From the human T2T-CHM13v2.0 reference genome, Homo sapiens: a stretch of DNA of 64,000 nucleotides. Below the pieces are notes generated by a model. It was not told the DNA's origin, made no database searches, and saw nothing but the letters and a program-made list of their open reading frames with translations. A program made the translations under genes and the position numbers. The stretch is from assembly GCF_009914755.1 (NCBI RefSeq), contig NC_060927.1. One strand, written 5' to 3'. This document shows positions 15,346-29,560 of the stretch, piece by piece. How positions within the stretch are numbered: the first letter of the stretch is position 1; each line of letters begins with the position of its first letter.

Positions 15346-18300
15346 TACTTGTCTTTCCACATAATCAAATGTAAAAGTAGTAACTTGGGACCTTTAATTT
15401 GCCTATCTACCTGCTCTCATTGAGTATAGTGCACTGCTTATTATGTATTATTCAAAGTTCGGAATATAATGGGTATGATTTATCTATAGTCATGTTACAT
15501 GTATCTAGGGAATTTCTGGATTAGTTTTTCAGGGTGAGCAGATGTTTCCCTACCCTTATTCACCAACTAATTCAAAAGTTATCAAGCATAACATTGAATT
15601 CTCATATATAAATATTATATAAAAAGACAGAATCCCTTCTATAGTCTTGTTCTAAGACAGACACAGATATAATTGTGATATACTAAAACATGATAATCAT
15701 AAAGCCAGTATGTATCAAATAAATGAAATCAAACACAAATACAAAACCTAAGTTTGACATTAAAGTTTTGGGAATGATTTTTAGAAAATAAAAAAGATAT
15801 TTAGCCCAGTAATTGAAGGATACATGTATAATTTCAAGGTTAACAGATGGAGCATGTCTGTTAAGAGACTAAGTCATATTTTAAAATTAAGTCTGTACAA
15901 TTTAAAATGCATTAAAACCCTTGTATGTTATTTGCATGATATTCTATGCTGATGTTTTCTAAAATTGAAGCAGAACCTCTGGGGATAAAGGTCAAGAATT
16001 TGTATTTCACAATACAATCTAAAACAAACACACAAAAATATAGATAGCCAGGTTTAGAAGCAGTAAACAACTACAATGATTAGTATAAAACAGATTAAAG
16101 AATTCTGAACAATTAGTGTTTGTGAATGACCTTAGCAGTCTTGACCAATGCTAAGATGAGGGAAGAGGATGAGAATTCTCTTTGGTTCTTCTAGTTAATT
16201 AGAATAGCAATTGTCTTTGAAGTTCCATTAAAGGCTAATATCCCAGTAGCCCTATCCTTTGAATTTCTTACCACCTGTTCATAGCTGCTGAGAACAATTT
16301 ACTGTTTATAATGTACACACGTTCTTACGCTTAGACACATACAAATAACTGGTTTAATAGGAGCCCATGTGGAGAACGGAAATAGCACCCAGACTTCAGG
16401 ATTAATCATGACACTTGGAGTACAGTCTTAAGAGGAAACTGCTGATTTACTAAGATTGGATGCTAGACCCACATAATAGTTGCTTAAAACCTATGTCATT
16501 AAACTCCAGGTGGCTCTGGACTTCAGTGTGCATTGTTAAAGTCCCATTAGGTGAACACAGATGAGGTAAAGTGATTGTCAGGAGTTGTGCTGAAACCTAA
16601 GGGCAAACCAGTTGATTATATATTTTGTGTTTGCTGAGGGGCAGTTGCTAAATTAAACACATTAAACTAATATATAGTATAACATCAGGACCAGGGTCTC
16701 ATTTTAGGACGAATTTGAATCTTCTCAACATTTCCCTTGTAATTGCTCTGACTTTTGAGCTCCATTTTACTTAGTGACACTGAGTGAACTGAATGGCTTC
16801 AGCGAAATGAGAAAGCAGCAAGGAAATTCAGTGGAAGTTTTGATTGCATCCCCTGTTGTAGCCTAGTTTCTGGATAATCTTATACCTTGATTATATAATC
16901 TTCTTTTCATGGTTTATCCTCCATCGAAATGGGAAACTATTCAGGGATGATAAAGTTTCCTATGATGTAGTTGCAGTACTTGTAGTTAGGACATTAAAAC
17001 ACAAAATATAACACTTGAATTGGAAATTCCTCTATTGTTGTCCCTATATTTTATTGCTTTTAAATCCTGCAAGCTGAGAAACTTCATACACTAATGCATA
17101 TTATTTTCTTAGTGATTATAATTTATATGTTACTTCTGATCATTTGGTTAAAGTATTAAGTGTTGATGACATTTCTGCTCTAATCGGTCTATTCAGGGTA
17201 AAATTTATATTTTTAAAATGGTGTTTTACAGAAAGATGTAAAAAGTAGGTTACCAGAAATTTAAGGGTTAGTAAATACTCCATTCTCATGCTTGCATTTA
17301 AAGCTCCAGTACAAACTGAAATTTTTATATTTAAACAGATAATAAAAGGCAAGCCAACAACTGCACCAGTGAGTTGCTAAGCCACCAGAAAAAAAGCAAA
17401 CTGTGCTAAGCATAAGAACCAGTAAAGCTGTGAGCTGTGGAATCCATTAGCTGTGTATAAAATGAGGTCACTGAATCATGATCTCATTCTGAACAGAATC
17501 ATTTGGATACAAATATACATCAAGATGACTTGTTTGAAGCCCAAGAGTTGTTGCTAACAATTATACAATGCAGTACAATGTTATTTATATGCATAAAGGT
17601 AGAATAAAGTCTCTTCATTAGCTGAATGTATTCCCATGTGCAATCAGTTAAGTGCCAGTTCTTTTTCTTATTTCTGCATATCCAGAATGTTATCTTTTTA
17701 ATTGTAACAATTATAATCTATAAAACCTCAATGCATTTTATAACCAGGCTAATTTAAGAAACCATTAGACATACTGGGTAATAATATATTACTAAGAGAG
17801 AATCTATAAAAATAATCAATTTTTGGTTGGCAACATTAATTGAACTACTATGAGCAGAATTAGTTTTTGGTTTTGTTTTGTTTTGGTATAGAATAAATAA
17901 ATTTGCCTAGTGCTTGAATTGCAGAACATATTTTGTAAACTATGAACTCAAACACAATTCAGAAATCAGATGATTTGTCAGAATACAAATGCCTGATGAC
18001 ACTGTTTTGTAAGGTACAGGGAGAAAAAAGGAATACAAAATTCATAAACCTTTGAAAGAAATTAAATTATTTTATGCATTATATGGTCATTGGTACTCGG
18101 AATAAAAGAGGGGCTGGAGTATACTAACAGGAAGCTAAAGCTGGAAGGACTTTTGGAAATTGTGTCATTGTGAGCACAAAAATCAGAAAACCCACTAAAT
18201 AGCAACAAATCTCTCCAATACCAGCTCTAGACAAAAATAAAATCAGAATAATGACACATTAAAAAAGGCTGATTAACAATTATTTGTAAACTTTAATATT

Positions 18301-18479
18301 GTAACATAATTTTTCATAGAGAAAGAGTTGAAAGTTATTGATTTAGGGCATGAAAGAAAGGAATAAGCTATTTGGAAAAAGTTGAAACATTTACAAAATA
18401 TCTATAAATATATACACTTTTAATTTTATATTGTTAATTGTTACAGGAAATAATGCTATGATAAAACAATAAAGACATG

Positions 18480-18600
18480 CTCTACAAGGCTATAAACTCT
18501 TTGGAAACACAAGAACATCTTATTTTTTTTTTTTCACATCGAAGACATGGCATAGATCCTTACTTGTAATAAGCCTCCAGAGATATTAGAAATAGATTTT
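18480..18600 (+). mobile_element. L2 3'-end fragment
   Basis: ctacaaggctataaactctttggaaacacaagaacatctta resembles the L2 terminus. Confidence 0.4.
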
Positions 18601-18984
18601 ATGCTATTTCCAAAAATGAAGAGAATAATTATTCAGAGGATAGGAGAGATAATGTAGACAACTGTACATGACTGGATATTTTCGCAGACTTGGAGTAAAA
18701 TTCCATAGAAGAGAACTGAAACTGGGTTTCTCTGCCTGTTCAGGATAGAAAGCTGAGCCTTGTTTAAGAGGTAACTGGTTGAGTCAGGTTACATGTTGCT
18801 ATGTGGTCATGTGCTCTGGCACTCTGATGGTATAGTATTAAGTACAAAAAGCTAAATAAATATTACATAAGGGATTTATTTTTCATTTTTTAATCTACCT
18901 AAAATATGCAAGTGACTCTATATCTCTGAAGTTGTGGAGATAGGTAATACTTTCTAGAATTACAAAAAAGTTACTTAGATTTTA

Positions 18985-19145
18985 GTGAGGTAGATATGAC
19001 ATATTCCAACTGTCACTTTTGAAAGATGAGGAAACCAACACCCAGAAGTCTAAAATTAATTATGCACAAACACATATAAACAGAACGAGCCATAATTAAT
19101 GTTTCCTGGCCTTAAAACCAGTGCTTTCCCCTGGTACAACACAAT
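18985..19145 (-). mobile_element. MIR fragment
   Basis: MIR core cacttttgaaagatgaggaaaccaacacccaga. Confidence 0.65.
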
Positions 19146-19989
19146 AAACCCTATAGAACAGTTTAACAATATAAGAAGTGACCAAAATTCTATGACTTCT
19201 TTGGAAATCTAAACCTGATAAGAGTAAGTAATAATAACTTCCTACAAAAAAATGAAATGTTGAAAATGAAGACTCTTTTCTCTCTTTATTTTTCACACAT
19301 CACTGAGTTATGCAAATATGGTCCAAAAACTGCTCTAATAGTGAGAGAGTACTGTGTGTTTTTCCATTATGAGAGAGTAGAGTGAGTACACATTAGTCAA
19401 AGGAGAAGTAAGAATACCTCACCTCTTATACCATTAATGAACTGTCCTGATAACTTCATGATTTTAAGACCATAGATAGCATCCATTCTAATACACATAC
19501 TTTTATTTTACAGAGGTTCAAGTCCTCCTAGAAATAATTCATCCAAAACAACTAAATAAAAGAGCACTGGGCAGTAACAGAAGCAAAGTTTAGATGAATG
19601 AGGCACATCAAACCTGTGGAAACAATGGAAAAGATCTTCCAAATAAATCTGATTGACCCTAAGTAATTTGGTCCACATTTTCTAAGTTCTGTGATACATT
19701 AAAGCTGACTTTATTTTAAGTCAATCACAAGCTAACTTTTTGTGTTTCTTTGCAAAACAAAAACAAAAAGTAAAATTATTGTGATTGCTGTCTTTCTGCT
19801 TACAATGAAAGCTGCTCAAACTAGCAGTTTTATGGTAAAACAAAGTTAGTGTAATATCTGTTTTTTTCCTGTACATGTTTTTTACATTTCTGTACTCATT
19901 GTATTTGATAGTTATTTCTGAATATTTATCCCATGGTCTTCTCATAACCCCTCCTTTCCATCTAGTGCCATACTCAGTCATGTGGGAGC

Positions 19990-20170
19990 CAAAGCAAAAA
20001 AAAAAAAACTATCTTTATTTAAAATTTTGATATTTGTTAATTATGGATTTTGGCTGTAATTTTGATTTTTTAAAAATTTAATTAAAATATTATTTATCAT
20101 AATTGTGAAGTGTTTTTATGACTTCTTAAACTGTACATGTACCTTACTCATGTCGCCATATTCTTAGCTT
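19990..20170. mobile_element. MER91-type hAT fragment
   Basis: aaaattttgatatttgttaattatggatttt...attaaaatattatttatc. Confidence 0.55.
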
Positions 20171-20362
20171 GAAAAAATTCTTCCAGTGGTACAGATTTGT
20201 AAAAACTTTTCTTATTGTGGTTATTCTCCCCAAGGCAGAAATTTTATTACTTCAGCAAAATTTAAGGATTTCTAATATATAATAGGCAAAATGTTAGACA
20301 TTTTTGGATGGCATATAAAATTAAGACACCACCTTAGTCTTAAGTATTTTAAAAATACAAGG

Positions 20363-20782
<420 letters not shown>

Positions 20783-21616
20783 ATAAGGAAGAAGAAGCAC
20801 ATATACTAGGTATTGTATATGAAAGCAAATGTAAAACCTATGAAAGATATTAAAACCTGAGATTAAACTGAGTGAAAATGTTTCATTCTGATCAAAAGAT
20901 TAAAAAAAAGGCATCATGTCAGTAAAGATTAAACAGTGAAAAGCAGAAGCAGTCTTCAGTGCCCAAATTAGAATGAATGACATTAGAAGACCAGAAGCAG
21001 ACAGGTAAACGTGCTGTATTATACTCTGAACCCAACTCAGTGCCTCAAAATAGCTCAGAATGTGTCATTAAAATGTTTTCAATTTGGGGTTAATATTCTG
21101 TTAGAAGATGTGATTTCAGCAAGTAAGTGGAAATGGTAATTTGAAAATCTTTAAGAGAGATTTAAGTGTAATCTCTTACAGTGTAGATTAAGTCCAGTGT
21201 TTCTTTGTAGATTTTCTGTCTGGATGATCTGTGCAATGCTGAAAGTGGGATGTTGCAGGCTCCAGCTATTATTGTAATGGGGTCTCTCTCTGTCTTTAGC
21301 TCTAAAACTATTTGCTTTATATCTCTGGGTGTTCAATGTTGGGTGCATATACATTTGCAATTGCTATATTATCGTAATGAATTTACCCTTTGTCATTATA
21401 TAATATTTTTTGTCTCTCCTTATAGTTTTTGTTTTTGAATCCATTTTGTCTGATATAAGAATAGCTATTCCTGCTTTTTTTTGGCTTCCATTTACATAAA
21501 ATATTTCTTTCTGTGCCTTTATTTTCAGTCTACGAGTGTCTTTATAGATAAAGTGTGTCTCTTGTAGGCAACAAATTGATAGGCTTCCTTATTTTATCCA
21601 TTCAGGCCTCTGTATC

Positions 21617-21844
21617 TTTTTTGTTTGTTTGTTTTTTGTTTTTTGAGTCAGAGTCTCACTCTGTCACCCAGACTGGAGTGCAGTGGCGCCATCTTGGCTC
21701 ACTTTGCAAGCTCCGCCTCCCAGGTTCACGCCATTCTCCTGTCTCAGCCTCCCCGAGTAGCTGGGACTACAGGCTTCCACCACCACACCTGGCTAATTTT
21801 TTGTATTTTTAGTACAGATGGGGTTTCACCATGTTGGCCAGGAT
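21617..21844 (-). mobile_element. 5'-truncated AluY-like element
   Basis: gcaagctccgcctcccaggttcacgccattctcc; stops at accatgttggccaggat, so roughly the first 80 nt are missing. Confidence 0.9.
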
Positions 21845-24800
21845 TTGGAGAATTCAGTCCACTTAAGTTCAATGTTATTATTGAGAAATAAGGACTTACT
21901 TCTGCCATTTTGTTTTTTTGTTTGTTTGTTTTCTTGTTATTTTGTGTTCTTCTCTTCCTTCCTTCTTTCCTTCCTTCCTGTCTTCCTTTGTGTGAAGGTA
22001 ATTTTCAGTGGCATGTTTTAATATTTTTGCTTTTTCTCTTTTTGTATATCTGTTGCATGCTTTTTTGTTTTGATTTTACCATGAGGCTTGCAAATAATAT
22101 CTTATAATCCGTCATTTTAAACTGATGACAACAAAACACTGATTGCCTAGACAAACAAACAAACAAGCAAAGATAAAACAAATTTAAAAAACTCTACACT
22201 GTAACTTCATATCCTTGTTGTTTAACATTTTGTAGTTTCTATTTATATCTTAGTATACTATCTATGTCTTATAAAATTGTAGTTATTATTTGTGGTTGGT
22301 TCATCTTTTAGTCCTTCTACTCAAAATATTCATAGTCTACAAACAATTACTGCATTATAATATTCTGTGTTTTTCTGTGTACTTACTATTACCAGTGAGT
22401 TTTGCACCTTCAGATGATTTCTTTTTACTCATTAACAACCTTTTCTTTCAGGTTGAAGAACTCCCTTTAGCATTTCTTGTAGGATAGATCTTGTGTTGAT
22501 GGCCTGGGCTACAAGGAAGGCTAAAGAGAGTTCTTCAGTCTGATCCCTCAGATTTTGCTTGTCTGGGAAAGTCTTTATTTCTCCTTCATGTTTCAAGGAA
22601 AATTTCACCAGATATAATATTCTAGGATGAAATATGTCATACTGCTGTCTCCTGGACTGCAAGGTTTCCACTGAAAAGTCTGTTAACAGATGTATTGGAG
22701 CTCCATTGTATGTTATTTGTTTCTTTTATCTTGATGCTTTTAGGATGCTTTCTTTATCTTTGACTTTGGGAGTTTGATAGTTAAATGTCTTGAAGTAGTC
22801 TTATTTGTATTAAATCTACTTGGTTTTCTATATCTTTCTCATACTTGCATATCGATATATTTTTATACATTTGGGAAGTTTTCTGTTATTATCCCTTTGA
22901 ATAAATTGTCTGCCCCCCTCTCCCTTCTTCCTCTTTAAGACCAATAATGCTCAGCGTTGCCTTTTTGAGGCTACTTTCTAGATCTTGTCAGCATGATTTT
23001 TTTTTTCTCCCTATTCTATGTGTTTTCAAATACCCTGTCTTCAAGGATGGTAATTCTTTCTTACACTTGATCAATTCTGCTGCTAAGGGACTCTGATAAA
23101 TTCTACTGAAAAATGTTACTTGCATTTTTCAGTTCCAGAATGTTTGCTTCATCTTTTAAAATTATTTCAATCTCATTGTTAAATTTATTTGACAGGATTC
23201 TGAATTCCTTCTCTCTGTTTTCTTGAATTTCATTTTGTTTTCTTAGAACTATTTTGAATTCTGTCTGAAAGGTCATATATCTCTGTCTCTCCAGTGATTT
23301 TTTTTAGTTTGTTTGATGAGGTTGTAATTTTCTGGATGCTCCTGATGTTTGTGAATGTTTGCTGATATGTGTGTCCTGAAGAGTTAAGTATTGTAGTCTC
23401 TGTAGTCTGCATTTTTTTGTACCAATCTTTCTTGGGAAGGCTTTCCAGGTATTCGAAGGGTCTTCATTGTTGTAATCTAAGATTTTGTTTCTGCAGCCAT
23501 ATATGCATTAGGGGGCACCCAAGCCCAGTAATTCTGTGGTTATTGCAGACTCACAATGGTACTGCTTCGGTGGTCTTGAATAAGATCTGGAAGAATTCTC
23601 TCGATTACCTGACAGAGACTCTTGTTCTCCTTCCTTACTTTCTCCTAAACAAACAGAGTCTATCTCTCGGTGCTGAGTTGCCTGGAGCTGGGGGAAGGGT
23701 GACACAAGCACCCCTCTTGCCACTACCACAGAGACTGCATTGGGTGAGACCTGAAGCCAGCGTGTTAGTGGGTCTTACCTAAGGCCTAAGATAATCACTT
23801 TTAGGCTACTGCCTATGTTAACTCAAGGCCCTAGTGCTTTATAACCAGCAGGTGGAAAAGCCAGCCAAGCTTGTGTCCTTCCCTTCTGGGTGGCAAGATC
23901 CCCTCTGTCCCAGACAGATCCAGATATTCTGGGTCCTGGAGTCAAAAACCTTAGGAATCTACCTGGTGATCTTTTCTTCTGCAGCTTAGCTGGCACCCAA
24001 GCAATAAGACAAAGTCCTTCCTACTCATTCCTACCCTTACCACAAACAGAGGAGTCTATACCCTTGGCAACCACCACCCCAGGTCTGTAATGAGTACTGC
24101 CTAGCTACTACCAATGTTCACTCAAGGCTAAATGACTTTTTAGGTAGCCTGTGGTGAATGCTGCCAGTCCTGGAACTCTCCCTTCAGGGCAGTAGGCTCC
24201 CCTCTGTCTCAAGTTAGTTCCAGAAGTGCCACGTAGGAGCCAAGGTCTGAAATCAGGGACCCCAGGAGCCCACTAGTGCTCTACCCACTGTGGCTGAGCT
24301 GGTACCTAACTTACAATGCAAAGTCCTCTTTACTTTTCATTCTCCTTTTCTCAAGCAGAAGGAGTCTCTCCCTATAGACACCACAGATGGGAATGTGCTG
24401 GGTCACACCTGAGGCCAGCCCATATCTGAGTCACCCAAGTTCCACAGTGAGTATTGCCTGGATATTACTACTGATTATTCAGGGCCCAAGGACATCTTTA
24501 GTCACAAAATGATTAATCCTGTCAGGACTTGGCCTTTCCCTTCAAGGAAGTAGGTTTCCTTCTAGCCCAGGATATACCTAAAATTGTTATCTAGGTGATA
24601 GTGCCTGGACTGGGGCCCTTAGGACTCTGCCTGGTGCCCTGTGCTTAAGCTGGATGAGCTGGTATCCAAATTCAAGTCAAAGTCCTCTTTACTCTTCTCT
24701 CTTCTCTCTGTAAGCAGAGCAAAAGATTCTTTCTAAAGCTGTGAGCTGTACCACCTGAGTTTGAGGGAGGGGTAATGCAAGCACTCCCTTGCCAACTCTG

Positions 24801-25109
24801 GCTACTATCTAACTAGGTCGTATATGCCCCAAGTCCACTAGGTCAGAGCCCAGCACAATGCCAGGACTTGCAATGGGATTGCAGTCCTTATGGCTTAGAC
24901 TGCCTTTGAAACCCAGAGTATATTATTAACCCGTGGAGGCAAGGCATATTGGAACTCAAACTTCGACTGCTGTGATAGATGATTCCCTTCTGGCTAGGGT
25001 TGGTCTAAATGATTTATCCATGGACATTGGCACAACTCTGTCTGATGTTACTTTCCACTGTGACAGGGTAGTTCGGAGTTCCAATGAAAAGTCCATAATC
25101 ACTGCACTC

Positions 25110-26678
25110 ATTATTATTATACTTTAAGTTCTGGGATACATGTGCAAAACTTGCAGGTTTGTTACATAGGTATACACGTGCCATGGTGGTTTGCTACACC
25201 CATCAACCCATCATCTACATTAGGTATTTATCCTAATGCTATCCCTCACCTAGCCTTCCCCCTACCCCCAGAGAGGCCCCAATGTGTGGTGCTCCCCTCA
25301 CTGTGTCCATGTGTTCTCATGTTCAACTCCCACTTATAAGTGAGAACATGCAGTGTTTGGTTTTCTGTTCCTGTGTTAGCTTACTTAGAATTATGGTTTC
25401 CAGCTTCATCCATGTCTCTGCAAAGGACATACACTAATCTTTTTTATGGCTGCATAGTATTCCACGGTGTATATGTGCCACATTTTCTTAATCCAGTCTA
25501 TCATTGATGGACATTTGGGTTGGTTCAAAGTCTTTGCTATTGTGAACAGTGCTGCAATAAACATATGTGTGCATGTGTCTTGATAGTAGAATGATTCATA
25601 ATCCTTTGGGTATATACCCAGTAATGGGATTGCTAGTTCTAGATCCTTGAGGAATTGCCACACTGTCTTCCACAATGGTTGAACTAATTAACACTCCCAC
25701 CAACAGTATAAAAGTGTTCCTATGTCTCCACATCCTCTCCAGCATCTGTTGTTTCCTGACTTTCTAACGATCACCATTCTAACTGGTGTGAGATGGCATC
25801 TCATTGTGGTTTTGATTTGCATTTCTCTAATGGCCAATAGTTATGAGCTTTTTTTCATATGTTTGCTGGCTGCCTAAATTTCTTTTGAGAAGTGTCTGTT
25901 CATATCCTTTGCCCATGTTTTTGATGGGGTTGTTTGTTCTTTTTTCTTGTAAATTTCTTTAAGTTCTTTGTGGATTCTGTATATTACACCTTTGTCAGAT
26001 GGAAGAGAGGACACAAACAAATGAAAAAACATTCCATGCTCATGGATAGGAAGAATCAATATCATGAAAATGGCCATACTGCCCAAAGTAATTTATTGAT
26101 TCAATGCTATCCCCATCAAGCTACCACTGATTTTCTTCACAGAATTGGAAAAAAACTACTTTAAATGTCATATGGAACAAAAAGAGCCCCTATAGCCAAG
26201 ACAAGCCTAAGCAAAAAGAACAAAGCTGGAGGGATCATGCTACCTTACTTCAAACAATACTACAAGGCTACAATAACCAAAATAGCATGATACTGGTACC
26301 AAAACAGATATATAGACCAATGGAACAGAACAAAGGCCTCAGAAATAACGCGACGCATCTACAATCATCTGATCTTTGACAAACCTGAGAAAAACAAGCA
26401 ATGGGGAAAGGATTCCCTATTTAATAAATGTTGTTGGGAAAACTGGCTAGCCATATGCCGAAAACTGAAACTGGACCCCTTCCTTACACTTTATACAAAA
26501 ATTAACTCAAGATGAATTAAAGACTTAAACATAATACCTAAAACCATAAAAACTCTAGACAAAAACCTAGGCAACACCATTGAGGACATAGGCATGGGCA
26601 AAGACTTTCTGACTAAACACCAAAAGCAATGGCAACAAAAACCAAAATTTACAAATGGGAACTAATTAAACCAAAGAG
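25110..26678 (-). mobile_element. L1PA7-like element with 5' inversion (twin priming)
   Basis: Minus-strand 3' part 25110-26003; plus-strand ORF2 part 26003-26678; perfect 13-bp TSD aatcactgcactc at 25097-25109 and 26679-26691. Confidence 0.93.
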
Positions 26679-29242
26679 AATCACTGCACTCTTACTCCCT
26701 CAAGTGCACAGATTTTTTCTTCATTTCATGTGGTCACTTCTGGAGGTTGAGGGAGGGGTAGCATTAACAATTCAAGACCATCTTCCCTACCCTCTTATGT
26801 GCCTCTTTCTGTGATATGAAGTTAAAACCAGGTACTGTGTTCACTTCCCTGATTTTTGGTTCTTATAAAGGTGATTTTTGTGTGGATAGTTGTTCAAATT
26901 GGTGTTACTGCGAGGATGACAATCAGTGAAAACTTAATAATCAGAATGAGAGAGGGAGAAATAGGAAAGGAATATCTAGTTAATATATGGAACACTATAA
27001 TGTTGCCACAATTTTATACAGGATAAGGCTGCTATTTAAGCAAGTTTGAACCAACCGTTGGGTTAGTCTATAATAAGCATTGAACCATAATCAAAGAAAC
27101 TATCTTTGTATAACCACATCACTTCTAACACTTGATTAAATTTACACATTTTTCTGGCATTCCTTTTCAGATGGGCAGGAATATTTTGCTTTGAGGTTTT
27201 CTACTGTTCAAATGTGCAGAGGCAGAGGACCAGCTACAAGTGAAGAACAGTTAGGAAAATTGTAACCTGACTAGCGCTCTTTTATCTTTTCTTGGTTTGT
27301 TTGTTTTGCTTGGTTGTATTTTTAGTATTAAAAAGGGGGAGATATAACGAATACAGTAAGATCCTCTAATTCAAAAGAGAAAGGCCGCAGTTGCTTAGTC
27401 ATCAATGAATCTGCCCTTTACTTCATTTTTAGTAAAGTAATCCCAATTTTTCCCAGGTTATCTGTCATAGACATCAGATGAGATAGATCTCAAAAACAGC
27501 TATAAAAAGTGAATTATAAATGAACAGTCACTTATTTCAATCTCATTTCCCTTGCTATTGATCTCTTTAGAAATAGGTGTGTATCAAAATATTGGCCAAC
27601 TCTTTAATGTTTGGTTTTTAATATAAAAATATTATTATTAAATATATTAGAGTTGAGGTTTTCTATTACATGTAGGTAAACAATTATGACCTGGTAAATT
27701 AAAATTGTATATTTATAACTCAAGAAAAAATAAAACATTTCTGTAAAAATGATGTTTACTTAGTTTGTGGACTACTATTAATGAGCTATATAATGTGCAG
27801 AATTTGAGAACCTTTTATTTCCCATAAACTTTCATTCAATCACTTCTTTCATAGAAACCCAACCTAACTGACATCATTCAGTTTAGGAAACCTGAAGTTT
27901 ATAATTTTAAAAATGTTGGACACCAGGGTTGTTAAGCTTAACATTGTAATTTGATTTACAGATTAAGCAGCTTGCTATTTAATAAGGACCAAAGGAATGT
28001 GACACAGGACAGAAAAATTGTGATGGGTGATGACAAGAGAAAACATTACTTTGGCATGAAGTATGTTTAACAGAGTGAGTCAAAGGGCAAAGTCAGTCTG
28101 AGAGCAGTGACCAATTGGGAAGAGAGTAAAAAAGACACAAAGAAAGAATGAAATCAGCCTTGTCTTTTCAAAGATCCTTTCTGTTTGACAAATTTCTTAT
28201 ATTCAGGTTTCTTCTTCAAATATTTTCTGCCTCTGCTGTATTTTTAGCCTTCTAATAGCCTTTTTATGCAAATCCCTTGTTCAAAGGGATTCATGAATTT
28301 TAAATTTATAAAATAATGCCACAAGCTGCTAGGTTAAGGATGGATATTAATTGTTTTCATATGAAAATATAAAGTTATTTTAAAGGTAAATATTATTATT
28401 TGGAGGTAGCATTTCTGGAGCTAGGAAACCTACAGTTATACTTTATTTTCATTCTATAATGATGCTGCACTTAATACTTAGGCTCAATCAACAACACAGT
28501 AATATATCTTACCATGGAAGTTTTTATTTGTAATACCAATAGTAAATGGATATTTCTATTTTTATTTCTAGTATTCATCCTTAACTAAGAAAGGTATTAT
28601 GGATTTTGTTTCTTTTTCCCTTTACACTTTCATTTGAAAGTCTAATCTGCTTGTAAAAAGAATGAAAAAATAGCTTACAGTTAAATGCAAATAAAACCTT
28701 TGATCCAAAACAGCCCAAAGTCAAGTCTTATTTTCAAAACTCTAAAAGTCTTGATCCTGCTTACAAATATGACAGTGAAAAAGTATGTATCAAACACACA
28801 TACAAATGTTTCTTACATCTGATAAAAAGCTTGATCTAAAAAAATCATTTAATAAAGCGATTGATATTTTTACTTTAAATCTCTAAAGTATAACAAAGTG
28901 AAATGTAACAATATCATATATATATAATACATATTCACAGAATATCAAATATTTCTATTTGGTGATATATTTTTGCTAAATAAAATGTGGTTTTTATGTT
29001 TACATTTATATTCTTTTGACACATTTGAATTCCATCAATTATATGCATTATCAGAAGACGAATTTAACCAAATCAAGACTAACAGAGAGATACTGGATTC
29101 TCTCTCATGAACACCTAAGAGACTTGACCTTATCCCCTCTGAAGAAGGAAGATGAAAATAGAGCCCTCTCTCAAGCAGATATCCTGGTAGGGCTGATTTA
29201 TCAGCAAAAGGGTGGTTTAAATCTTTTTTTTTTTTTTTTTTA

Positions 29243-29560
<318 letters not shown>

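Larger units (their letters stand above)
21178..26936 (-). mobile_element. Old L1 (L1M1/L1MA1-4-type) 5' part: 5'UTR, ORF1, start of ORF2 EN; contains Alu and L1PA insertions
   Basis: Minus ORF 22432-22671 HPRILYLVKFSLKHEGEIKTFPDKQNLRD is the ORF1 CTD; long GC-richer 5'UTR 23450-25109, resuming at 26679. Confidence 0.85.

Noticed and set aside
27390-27610. Possible MLT1-type LTR fragment
   Set aside because: Too degenerate to support by eye
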